From: Selaginella moellendorffii
Taxonomy: Eukaryota > Plantae > Lycopodiophyta
Length of the DNA stretch: 64,000 bases
Direction: 5' to 3'
Assembly: GCF_000143415.4 (NCBI RefSeq)
Contig: NW_003314406.1
Span: 143,007 to 207,006, forward strand
Part shown: piece after piece, positions 38,052-50,100 of the stretch
How positions within the stretch are numbered: position 1 is the first letter of the stretch
How the letters are laid out: each line of letters opens with the position of its first letter
Notes under the pieces: generated by a model
Seen by the model: only the letters and a program-made list of their open reading frames with translations
Told to the model about the DNA's origin: nothing
Databases searched by the model: none
Made by a program: the position numbers and the translations under genes

Positions 38052-39498
38052 TTGAAGCCGAATGGAGGCCGTGACAATCGAGGCCAGACTCGCTGGCGAA
38101 TGTGCACTGTGTGTGCAGCGGATCGTAGCAGCAAGGCTACTCTGCCACTTACAGTTGGAGAGTGGTGCTGAAATCTCCCGGGACGCCAAGTGGGCTGCGT
38201 GTGGGTGGCGGAGTGGGCGGCGGAGTTGGCGGCGAAGTTACAAACTGGGTGTGTCTTGAAGTGGACGCCGATGCACACGAGCGCGATGCGAGCGCGAGTG
38301 TGATGCAAGCGCGAGTGGACGCCGATGCACACGAGAAACCTGTAGAGAAGTGAGCGCGATGCGAGCGGGAGCGCGAGTGTGATGCGAGCGCGAGCGCGAG
38401 TACAAAGCAAAATGCAAAACCTAACCTCACACGCGTGAAATGTCACAACGGTTTGTTATCCCGCCACGTCATCATTCCTCGGACTTGGGCGCTAGCATTA
38501 ATTTCTGGATTGCCGCGCGCATGCAAGCACGCAAAATCCAAAAGAAATCTGCAACGTCATCATTCCTCGGACTGCATGCACGCGAAATCCAAAAGAAAGA
38601 TCATGATTGGGATATCATTTAATACCCTCGCTATATTTATACCATGCATGATTGGATATTCCAAAGCATTTTGTATTTCCAAAAATGGCAGATGTTCAGC
38701 TAAATAAAGAAATTCTATCTGTTTCTATTTTTCTCTCAAATCAATATTATAGCGTGTGGGCTCATGCAATTTTGAACCAAAGAAACCCAAAAAACGTTGG
38801 ACCCAAAATATTTTGAAAAAACCCAAAAAACCCTAAACATTTTAAACCCAAAAATCCAGGCGTCTTGTGGCGTTATTCCTTGAATGGCGTGTGGGCGCAT
38901 GCCATTTTCAGGGCCAAATGCTGAATGGAGAAAAATTCCTTTTCAGTGCAAATGCTGCAAGAGGCAGATGCCGAGCACAAAGGACTGTAACTACCTCACA
39001 TGACACAGATAAACTTTTCTCTATTTGGCAAAGATAAACTTTATAGCGTGTGGGCTCATGCAATTTTGAACCCAAAAAATGCACCAAAAAATTCTCGGCG
39101 TCATCTAGTGTTATCTCTTGAATGGCGTGGGGCCGCATGCCATTTTCAGGGGCACATAGGAGTATATTCCTAGGATATTCTGACACGCGCGAGACCACAT
39201 GAGCCTTACAATGTTTCAGGGGCATTTGCCATAGATCCGACTGTTATTTTGCTCCAAGATTTTACAGTTTGGTGTGCATTGACCTTTCCATCGAAACTGC
39301 AAAGGGACATCACAATCAGATGCGGGATCACAAAAAACTAACTTCACTAACTCTGGTTTCACCAAGATCTACGTAAGGAGTTATGAAATGAAAGGACCCT
39401 CTCTATTGAAATGTGTTTATGGTCCTAGGGGTATTGTGACATATCGAAGGATTTTGCATCAAGTTCTGTATTTGCATGTTTATCAAGCTACTGAATTG

Positions 39499-39531
39499 CT
39501 AAACCCTAAACCCTAAACCCTAAACCCTAAA
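39499..39531 (+). repeat. Interstitial plant telomeric repeat (AAACCCT)x4+ (telo-box tract)
   Basis: CTAAACCCTAAACCCTAAACCCTAAACCCTAAA lies between the divergent cargo and transposase genes. Confidence 0.9.
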
Positions 39532-40826
39532 CATGTGGCAAATGCTGCGTGAAGAAAGATGCCCTTTCTGGGCAAATGCTGTAAGAGGCAGATGCCGAGC
39601 AGATGTATCTCAGGCTAGCGAAGGGGACAAACGAAAGCTAGCTATAAACATGACGGGATGCAAATAGATTACTAGGCTGGTCCTACGAAAATCAAAAACC
39701 ATAATTGAAAACATTGAAAATGCAAAAAGAAAGGTTTATAATATTTTTGAATTTTAAGCAACCAAAGGAATGTAAGTAAGGCATGTGTTTGTAAGTTTAA
39801 AAATGCCTCAACCACTTAAATTCCCAAGTAAATAAAGCTGTTTCTATTTTTGGTACAGGTAAACTTTATAGCGTGTGGGCTCATGCAATTTTGAACCCAA
39901 AAATGCACCAAAAAATGCTCGACTAACATTATTCTTTGAATGGCGTGTGGCCTTATATTGCCATAAATGGACGTACACACACAGCATAATTATTCCTTTA
40001 CACGGCGAATAATCTTGGCGCGGATCGCTGACATGGCATGGCAAAGTTCGAATCACTGACATGGCACAGCTGGATCGAGGCAAGGACATGATGTGACAAA
40101 GTTCAACCTCTGACAGCAAAGTCTAGAAGCTACTCAGTTTGAAATTTGTCAGAGGAGTCATAAGATCTGGTTTGTCAGAGGATTTGATGTGATGTTCAAG
40201 CGTGTGTTATTTTTGAATTCTCGAACTCATTCCTAGGTCTATCATTTTTGTGCGCCGTGTTCTTGGTTCCGCTGAGCGCAGTGAGCGCTGCTTGTGTAAG
40301 CGGCGTTGTGGGCTGTGGTTTATGCGTCTACGAGCGGTTGCGGCATTGCGAGCGCCATTGCGAGCAGCAGTTTATGCAAGTGGCAGTTTGTGCGAGCGGC
40401 GCTACGAGCAGTTGCGGTGTTGCGAGCGGCGCTACGAGTAGTTGCGGTGTTGCGAGCGGCACTGTCTTTGGTGTGGCTACCGCTTCCTCTTGATATTCGG
40501 CACTTGTGCTTCCTGGTATGTTCACCATGGAATGGCTTAGGACCACATTTAGAAATGGCATGAGGCCACATGCCATCTTGGGCCCTTGCAATTTCATGGC
40601 TAGCGTATTGTCATGTATGTTTTTACTTGCCTGCAGCTGTGTGTATATCAAGATGGCATGAGGCCTCATGCCAATTTTGTGAATGCGAAATTTCACGTGG
40701 GTGTCAATAGCATGTTTGAATAATGGCATGTGGCCTCATGCTATTGAGGTTGTTTGGTATGTTATGATTTAGGCCATTCTCCAATCATTTTTTGTATGGT
40801 CTTAATTTCTTTTCTGCACTTTCAGA

Positions 40827-43800
40827 ATGGCCTTCAGGGTTGGGGAAAAGGTTTACATTTTGAATGGTGGGAAGAGAGTTGCAAAAGGGACCCTTGTGTC
40901 TATGGATTGGAACTTTGTTATACACTGTCAAAGGCTTGGGGAAGGCAATGCTGCTGTATTAGTAGAGACTGTCTTCGATGGGAATGTGGTCGCTATTGAA
41001 CGAGGAGAGATGGTCGTCGGGGTAAATGTTGTTGTTGCCTTGAAAAATCTTCAGAAGAAAGCAGATGTTGGGGACAGCGCAAGTGCGACGCATGTTCCCT
41101 CCGTGGATCTTAAGAACCGTGCTACATGGATTCAGGCGAAGGTGTTTCTAAACAACCCCGAGGGGGAGGTGGTAGCTGAGGGCTTAGCCACAGTTGTCGA
41201 TCCAAGAGATGCGGTTGCTAATCAAGAATTGGGCTGGGATGATATTGGAGTTGCGATTTTAGAGGTTGTTGACACAGAAGAAAATAGTCTGACTATTGGA
41301 AGCATTGTGCGGTGGAAATTGAGGCACTTAGTGTTTGAGAATGTGAAGGATTCACAATCAAACACCACTACAACTGATGACAGAACATCTCTTCATGGGA
41401 AAAGAAAGTACACCTTCCTAAAGCGCAGCCAAAGGGATCTGAGCAACGAACCGAAAAGGCAGAAAATGGCGATGGAGGTTCAAATGGTCTCGACAGTTGC
41501 TTGTTGCAAGAGGAGGTGCTGTCAACATGCTGATTGGGATGCTATTGAAGAGGAGAGAGCAAGATACAAGACATTGTCCTGGAAGGCAGCTCGCAATTTT
41601 GTGTATGAGGCATTACGGTCATCTGTTGATGCTTCAGAACATCAGGTGGGGGGCATGGTCTTCCAGAGGGGTTTGGTCTGCATGAAGGCATGGAGAATCA
41701 TTTATGGAGTCCCTCGAACCACATTCTACAGAATCAAAACTGAGTTTGAGGAACAAAGGGTTCAACAGGCAATCCATGGAAACGACGGTACGCACAAAAC
41801 CAGGGGTCATGTTGTATATGGAGAGGCAATCTTCAAGAGGTTTGTCGAGACATGTAGCGAGCAGCAACCACATAAAACCCGCCTCTTGGAAGATGGAACA
41901 CGAGACACCCAACGAGTTCTCCCTTCCATGTATACCAAGGGGGCCATATTGGAAGATGTGAATCAGGAACTCCAGAGTAATGGCTACAGGAAGCTGAGCC
42001 AATCTAGATTTAGTAGATTGTGGAGCAACAGGTTCAGGGATGTGAGTATAGGAAAGTACTCCAGCTTTTCAAAGTGTGACGAGTGCACTGCTATCAAAAT
42101 GGCTTTGTTGAAGAATTCTTGCAGCGCTCAAGAGCGAGAGACGTTGGTTAGAAGGTGGCTCGACCACAACATCGAGCAGAGAAGCTGCAGGACTGCATAT
42201 TATCATAACAAGATTCTCTCCATGGAGAGACCTGACTCTTACCTCTGCATCATCCACGACAGAATGGACCAGAAAAAGACGTGCTTACCTCGACTCAATC
42301 CTGCCCCCAAGGCAATCTCTTCATCCATGCAGCTGCCTGTGTCTCTGTTTGGCATAATCGCTCATGGGCATGGTGCCCAGAACTATGGGAACTTCTTTGT
42401 ACCTCTATGGGGTGGCGGGGGTGCAAACATGATGATTGCGTCCCTAGCAAAACACTTAAGGTCTCTGCAAAGTGCGCAGACTGAGCTGAACGGCCAACCC
42501 TTGCATAAGGCCCTTGTCGATCGAACCCCATACAGGGTTCAGCTGGAGGAGGAGCAAAGGCTTGCAGTATCGCGTGGGGCCCCATGCCATCCCAGTGAAT
42601 ATGTTGGCCGTCAGATTGTAGGGTTATCACGTGAGGCCTCATGCCATTCCGACGAGGCTGGTCGCCCGGTGAATGCACAGCCTCATCCAAACGAAGCAGA
42701 ATCTCAAGGAAGTTCTTGCGGCCGATGTGGCCTTCCACCCCATCTTCTGCTCCAAACAGACAATGCTGGCAGTGAGAACAAAAACATGTACGTCTTCGTG
42801 TACTTGGCGATGCTTGTTGCCAAAGGCATATTTGAAACGGTTACACTTGGCTTTCTCATGGTTGGGCACACTCATGAAGACGTCGATGCCATGTTCAGTC
42901 ACCTGGCAGAGTCCCTCCGGCGATCCAATGTCCTCACCCTCCCACAACTCTACGATGAATTCCAAAATTGCATCAAAGGCACTGTTGAAGCTGCACTTCT
43001 GACAGAGGTTCCAGACTTTAAGGGGTTTGTAAGAGGCTACATCAGGGACGGATCCGAAACGCTGATTGGCCACTCCAAGCCTCTTCAGTTTCATTTCAGC
43101 ATGTGTGACGGTGCTCCAGTGATGAGGTACAAGATGAGAGAATGGGACACAGTGTGGCTGCCAGTGGACGGCATTGAACTCTTCAAGAGAGATCCCATAA
43201 CTGGGGAACCTATGATTCCTCAGGGTTCCCCACAGCCGATGCACCCGGATGGACTCAAAGACCAGGAAAGTATAGTGGCCGGGATTAGACAGCATATTGC
43301 CTTCTGGAAGAGGGGGTTGGTGTTTGGTGGAGAATCCTATTTTCAGAGGTGCAAGCCTTTGCTCGAATACTGGGAGAAGATTATATCTGCTATCCAAAAT
43401 GGGCCGGTTGTATATGAAGAATTGGAAGAGTCCTTTTGGCCAGAACCCAGAGCACCAGATAGTAGCGGAACAATGTCCTCTGGAAATGCAGTGACAGATA
43501 ACGATGTTGAGGATCACTATTGTGGGCCGAGGAACAAGAAGCAGGATTCAGCATTCAATCCAGTACAGGTCTGCAAAGGAATGGTCGTGCTTGTCAGACC
43601 CAGTAATAAAAAACAAATGATATGGGTGGGGCGCTGCATCACTGATGCAGAGGAGGACGCGGAAACTAACTCCTTCAATGTAACTGTGGAGTGGTTCAAG
43701 CCAAGTTCCGGATATACGAACGATTGCCTAGAAAAGAGATGGGTGCTAAATCCAAGGGATCCCAGCATGAGCATATCGGTGGATAATGTTGTGCATGGTT

Positions 43801-43968
43801 GGATGCGGAAGCAGAGTGCCACCATCACCTTGCCAGACCATGCAAGAGATGCAGCAAGAGCATTCATAACCCGGGTTCAAGGTGAGATTCATGAATATTC
43901 CTTTACTAAGTTTCTAATGTATTTTATTTCAAGGTGAACAATCCGAATCTGAATCAGAGGAGGCGTGA
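40827..43968 (+). CDS. Sola-like DDD transposase (~1030 aa), open frame
   Basis: 1036-aa ORF with Cys-rich CCKRRC and CDEC segments and putative catalytic motifs IHDRMDQ, QTDNAGSENKN and FLMVGHTHEDVDAMFS. It has two N-terminal VAKG/VAEG..LG repeats resembling Tnp1/En-Spm-associated domains. A probable final intron at 43882-43933 gives a stop at 43966-43968, and a 5'UTR intron ends at 40825. Confidence 0.85.
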
Positions 43969-44606
43969 TGGCATGTGGCCTTACGCCATTCCTAGGTGAG
44001 ATGATACAAATAACAAGTATAAATTCTTAGTTGTTCTAGCAAATCTTACTTAAAGTTCAAGGTGAACAAGCCGAATATGAATTCATCGGATTGTTATAAC
44101 AAATTGCGAGGTGATGGCATGAGGCGATACGCCATTTGAGAGTGGTAGCCATTCCTATATGAGGTGAGTGAAGTATTTATTAGAAATACCTCATTCAATT
44201 GTGCACTTCTAAGTCTTGGTCCACTTAGTATTGTTTGCATGTTTTTATTTTAATTCTTTCTCTAAAATGTTATTTAGCATGTGGCTTCATGCCATTGCTC
44301 TCCACAATCATGCATTGAATTTCTATCCTTGCATAATACTTCTCCATATATATAGCATGTGCGCACATGTGATATGGTTCATTAGGCCTGATATAGTGTG
44401 TGAGGTAAAACAAAGATGATGTGACATATGCATTTACCAATCACACGTGCATAAATCTAATAATATGGCGTGTGGCCCATATTAATGGCACATAAACCCA
44501 TATTGTGGGCTTACGTGCTTTATGTACCATCATTCCCTTGCAGCGAGTGTGTTGGTTTCCTTTTATAACACAACGAACTCCATATTTTAGGGTGAAGAGC
44601 GTTCTC

Positions 44607-44864
44607 ATGGCAAGCACAAAATCTGTAAGTGAGGCAGAAAAGGAGACGGAGAAGGAGATAGGTGAAGATGTAGAATATATAAGTCTTCCAAACTCCCCGT
44701 ACTATACTCCAGGTGATCATTTTTCTGAACAAACGGCAACATTAACAACTATCGAGAACGCCCCAGTAACGTCAGAAACAACAATCCAAAGCAAAACAAC
44801 TGACCCGGAGAAGGATGATAGTACCGCTGAGAGTACCAAAAAGGAGGTGTCCACTAGCGCTTAG
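44607..44864 (+). CDS. Small acidic Ser/Thr-rich ORF (85 aa) inside the transposon, unknown function
   Basis: The ATG follows a TTTTAG acceptor at 44590. The coding-like composition (MASTKSVSEAEKE...) stands out from its AT-rich flanks. Confidence 0.4.
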   Translation: MASTKSVSEAEKETEKEIGEDVEYISLPNSPYYTPGDHFSEQTATLTTIENAPVTSETTIQSKTTDPEKDDSTAESTKKEVSTSA

Positions 44865-47142
44865 GCTTATAATGGTGTGTGCCCTCATGCCATTTACTTG
44901 ATCACCAAATACCTTTTTCCCTTTGCACTAGTATATCTTAATACTGGTCTGAGAAATAAAATGGCATGTGCCCTCAGGCCTTTTACTAAATCACCTTTGA
45001 AAGAAATGCAAGCCTCTATGTCGTAAAAAAAAGGTACTAGAGAAATTCCTTAATAATATGAATGTAATTTAGTTTCATGAAAATACACTAAGGGTCAAAT
45101 GAGTTAAATGACTTCTCCAGACTAGCAATGCCTCTTGCTACACCTTCACAATTAGATTCGTTAGAAAAAGATAACATTGAATAATATCTAAATGTTCTCA
45201 CCATTAAGTTATATATCTGGCTAATAGGAATGACGTTCATCTTGGAAAGCTCACCACACGCTCAATGAACAAACAAATAGTGTGTGCGCGCATGCCATCG
45301 CTCTTCTTTAGCTTCAGATTCGGCTTGTTCACCTTGACAATGAGATTTATTATACAACCAGATGGACTCAGTCTGGACATAAAGTCACCGCGCTAGTCAC
45401 CATGCCCCAGATATGTCTAGCCCCTGGACAAAAAACATATAATTTCACGTCATTTTCAAATACTTGAAAATTTGTACCTAGTCCCATTTTACTGAATAAA
45501 TCCCACTTTAACGAAATAGAGCATTGGTGGAGAACGACAAAGGCCAATGAAGGACCGGTGGCCACTTGAGAAATGATGAACGCGAGGATCCATGTGACTT
45601 ACGTTCCTCTGAATGTTACTCTGCACCTAAAGGATGAGCTGAATAGGCTAAAGCAGACCAAAACCATTTAAGAGATGTGAATGGATTTATGGCAAAGAAG
45701 ATACTTGTCATGGATATGGGTGATATGGATGCATTCCATCCCTTGATATTAGGTTTGCAAACCTGGGCCCGCAGTGAAGTGATGCATTGGAACCCGACCA
45801 ATTACAAGGAAGCGTTAGATGCGGCTATTAAGGTGCATTTCAATGATAATTTGCAAAAGGGGAACACAACAGAGTCAAGGTCCACGTTAAGCAAAGGGGC
45901 CAAACCAAGGGGAACATATAGCAAAGGGAAATTCAAGAAGAGTTTCTCTAAGAACGAGTCCTTGGGGTTTTGAAAAGGCAGATTCGGTGGCCAGCGAGCA
46001 AGTACGTGAGGGAGTCAAGCAAAAAGAGACAAACCCATGGATAAGAAGGTCAAGTCTGCTAGCAGCTTGGGAAACAATGTATGCTACAATTGTGGTGAAG
46101 TGGGACATTTTTCGAAGGAATGTCCCTACCTGAAGAAGGCTAGAGCCAATATGGCCATTAAGTTGGGTGAAATCCAAACTAAAGTACGTGATCCAGTCCT
46201 TAGCTCAAAGTTACTCATTACACAAAAATCTTTGGTAGAGAGTCGTTCGCAACATCTACTACCCTTCCGAGGGAAGCTCGGAGGTAACTTTGTTAAGATC
46301 CTTATTGACACGGGTGCTTTGGATAATTTTGTGGTTGTAGACATAGTCCGCCAAGCTAGACTAACAGTGCAGCGGTTGGGTGAACCAAGGACGATAGAGT
46401 TTGTTCAAGGTAGCCAAAGTATTGATGAAGTACGTCGACAAGTGAGAGTCGAAGTAGGGACACAGAAAGTAGACATGGATTTCACCGAGTTGGACATGGC
46501 GGGATTTGACGTAATATTTGGATGGATTGGTTCAATCGGACAAGACAACCTATCAAACAAGATATGGGAGCTTTGAGTTTCTGGTGATGCCCTTTAGGCT
46601 GTGCAATACACCAGCAATGTTTTCAGTGTTGATGAACCACATATTTGTACCCTATGTAGATCACTTCGTAGTCGTCTATATTGATGACATCCTGATCTAT
46701 AGGGAGACGCTAGAGGAGCATGCCGAACACTTGACGAAGGTGTTTGAGAAACTAAAGGAACACAAGCTGTATGCTAAAGAGAGCAAATGTGACTTTGCTC
46801 AACAAGAGGTAAAGTTTCTCGGGCATGTGGTGGGTAAGGATGGGCTCAAAGTGGACCCTGAGAAGGTCCAAGCGATCTAGGAATGGGAGCGACTATCAAA
46901 TGTACATGAGTTGAGGACATTTTTGGGGCTATGCAACTACTATCAAAAGTTTATTAAACATTATTCGAGAGTAGCACTACTCTTAATGGACCAAATGGGT
47001 AAAAGAAAGATGGTATGGACAGCGGAATGCGAGGTGGTATTTGTCCACCTCAAAGGGAAGTTGAGGAAGACCCCCGTGTTGGCGTTACCCGACTTTGGTA
47101 AGGACTTTAAGGTAGAGACAGATGCTTTGGACTTTGCATTGG

Positions 47143-50100
47143 TGTAAGCTCCTGAATTTGGACTTCCCGGGAGGTCACCCAGCCCAGTATTATTCAAACC
47201 CAAGGACACTTAACCTCAAATATCCCAAGACCCTTAACCGATTGGAAAAGGGGGTGCACTCTTATTTATGGGCCCTTTCCCTCTATATTTGAACCCCATG
47301 GACCGTTTCTTGAGTCGTTCCTTTTGGTTGCTTACAATCCACCACGCTTCCCTGCAAGTTCACGCCCTCGTGAACGGAAGCTGAGAGCCGCAGCTCTCCC
47401 GAGGGGTCGAGCCCAGTGGGAGCAAACTAGACCAGCCAGATGTCAATCAACATGTGGTGTGATTCCCCTAAGCCAACCAATAGAGTCAGACTTAAGACCC
47501 CTCTAATACCAAATGTAAGCTCCTGAATTTGGACTTCCCAGGAAGTCACCCAGCCCAGTATTATTCAAACCCAAGGACACTTAACCCCAAATATCCCAAG
47601 ACCCTTAACCGATTAGAAAAGGGGGTGCATGTAAGAGACTAATTTTTCCATTTTACTTTAGTCACTTAACCACACCTCCGACCACTTGGAGGAGTCTCAT
47701 TCACCACCTCCACAAGTCCCAGTTAGGACTTGGGGCTTGCTAGCCCCGAGAATGGCATCCATGCCACTCAACCTTTGCACTTGGTCTAAGTGCTCCACGT
47801 GTCTGATCCCATGATCGACACCCCAAGGTACCACCGACATATCGGCCCGTTACACTAAGGCCATACCTATTCACCTTGGTCACACCGGTGGTCTAACACC
47901 ACCTACATTGCAATCCCATCTCTCATAGACTAGGCCATCCATCGATGAGTGATCATCCCAGATCCACTCCTTAGCATCCTTAGGATGCTCGTAGACTTAG
48001 GGAATAACCTTCCTAAATATCTCTTCTCCGGTCCCCACCAAGTCCCTCTCTGTCGATGGCTGTGTTCACCAACACTGCCACTGGATCAAGGCCCGCAGAC
48101 CCGACCTCTAAGTTCAACTGTCCTCTGGGACTTCCTCACTGGATGACCGTGTCCTTTGTCACCACACCAGAGGGCTACTCCTCTTCCTTTCCACAGTCTG
48201 GGACTTTGGGACAACATTTCGGAACACCGTGGCCTTACACAAGCCTCATGGGTACTTTCCCCGCCTTTCGCCTTTAGGTGCTCTAGCCATGGGCTTAGAG
48301 CGAGGTTCCATTGAGCCACGATAGGTATCCAAGTAGGTAGTGCCACCCACACTTGGACTGGGAGCATCGGCCAGTCGATCTCCCGGGGGAACTAGAGCCG
48401 GCTCTTGAACACTTCACCAAGCTACCCCGCTTGTCGGTTTGTGTTCACTCTAGTCTTGGACTTCCCAGTGGGCAACTCATCACCCAACACTGGGTCCGGC
48501 CTTCCTGGGCCAAACTGGCCTTTCCTGGCCAAACTGGCTCCACTGCAGTCCTCCCCCTACTATACTTTTGGAGCTCACCAAACCCCCTAGGGTCTGGGAA
48601 ACGAACGCTTTGGGCTTTCACCCTCTCAGACTCGGACTCGGACTCGAACTCAGACTCGGACTCGGACTCGGACTCGGACTCGGACTCGGTCTCGGCCTCG
48701 GCCTTGGTCTTGGTCTCGGTCTCGGTCTCAGTCTCGGTCTCAGTCCCGGTCTCGGTCTCGACTTCGGACTCCATCTCGGACTCCATCTCAGGTCCATCTC
48801 GGACTCCATCTCGAACTCCATCTCGGGTCCATCTCGGACTCCATCTCGGGTCCATCTCGGACTCCATCTCGGGTCCATCTCGGACTCCATCTCGGACTCC
48901 ATCTCGGACTCCATCTCGGACTCCATCTCGGGTCCATCTCGGACTCCATCTCGGACTCCATCTCGGACTCCATCTCAGGTCCATCTCGGACACTTCCACG
49001 TGTCATGTGTTAGTCCTTTTTGGGTCCCTTTTTGGAGCCTCGCTTATGGCTCGCTTCGTGGTCATTCCTCAAACACTTTGTTAGGGGTTCCACTCCCGCT
49101 CCCGACCTTTCAAGGTGGAGCTTTTAGTCCAAACGTGTTACGCTCGTTTGGCTTTCACTTCGGCCACTACCACGTGGCGCCCCTCCGGCTCCACTTTGGG
49201 GCCTAGGGATTTTGTGTCTCACAACTCCACCACCTATAGACGAAGTTCGATATCCTCATCGAACGGTAAAACCTTTCATAAAGTAACACCCGCATGTGTT
49301 ACCATTTCCATCCTTGGCACCCAGCCAATATCTGTCTATGGTTTGATACCAAAGGCTCACCATGCCTTGTCCATCCTCTAAGGAGCATAACCTCTCCAAC
49401 TTAGAGGCTCATTTGACCACTTGTGGTGGTTCTCTCCTTTTATTGGTTTAGTTCTCACTAAACCTGTTAGAGACACCTTCTCTAACTCGATCCCACTACT
49501 CGTTCTCGAGTGGTCTCACTTTCCAGTGATATAACCCTTGCACTTTGGAACTTTTAATTCTAACTTCTTGAAGTCAATTTCCTAGGTATCTCCGACACTT
49601 CACATTGCACATATTGTGCAACTCCACTTCCTCATCCTAGGAAGTTCTCCACTTGAGGGCACCATCATCCTTTGTTCGATTTCATGCCACTTTTGGGCAT
49701 TGAGTTCCAGTTATCATATTTTGTGCTAGGGCTGCCCACGGCCCTATCTTTTGGCTACTTTGCCGCTCCCTCACTTGGAGCTTTTACTTCGCCAAATTGG
49801 AGCACTTAGGAATCCATCCTTGGAAGTCCACTTCCTTCCTCACAAGCCGTTAGCATCAAACACATTAGTGTTCCTTGGCTAACTTTGCCATTTGGATCCC
49901 TTCCATTAAATTCCATGGCCCAAACTTGGCCACTAGTCCTTTGCTCCTATCCTTGATTGTTGCACCCAGCAACATAGGATCGCTACCTCCATTTTTGAGG
50001 TATCCTTTCGGTTCTATAGCAAAGACTCTTCTTTGCCAAGTCCGGAGGATGTTCACCCCTAGTATGTCTCTTTAGCATCTTCTGCTATGGGCTCTATCCA

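Larger units (their letters stand above)
32572..45298. repeat. ~29 dispersed copies of a 22-bp palindrome, consensus ATGGCRTGWGGCCWCAYGCCAT
   Basis: Copies start at 32572, 33649, 33724, 34966, 35157, 35298, 36765, 37865, 37925, 38002, 38749, 38884, 39043, 39122, 39868, 39940, 40555, 40653, 40723, 42569, 42626, 43968, 44114, 44274, 44352, 44465, 44872, 44961 and 45277. None were noticed outside the TIRs. Confidence 0.9.
32188..45522. mobile_element. 13.3-kb TIR DNA transposon (Sola-like DDD transposase) with cargo genes
   Basis: Perfect 22-bp TIRs GCTCTATTTCGTTAAAGTGGGA (32188-32209 and its reverse complement at 45501-45522). The element interrupts gag of element B. No TSD is visible, and gag appears to have an adjacent deletion. 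Confidence 0.88.

Noticed and set aside
42295-43867. Antisense ORFs (147, 292, 116 aa) opposite the transposase
   Set aside because: Shadow frames of a long coding sequence with no motifs.
32572-45298. Palindrome series as CRISPR-like array
   Set aside because: Spacing is highly irregular (about 55 bp to over 1.5 kb) and copies lie within genes.
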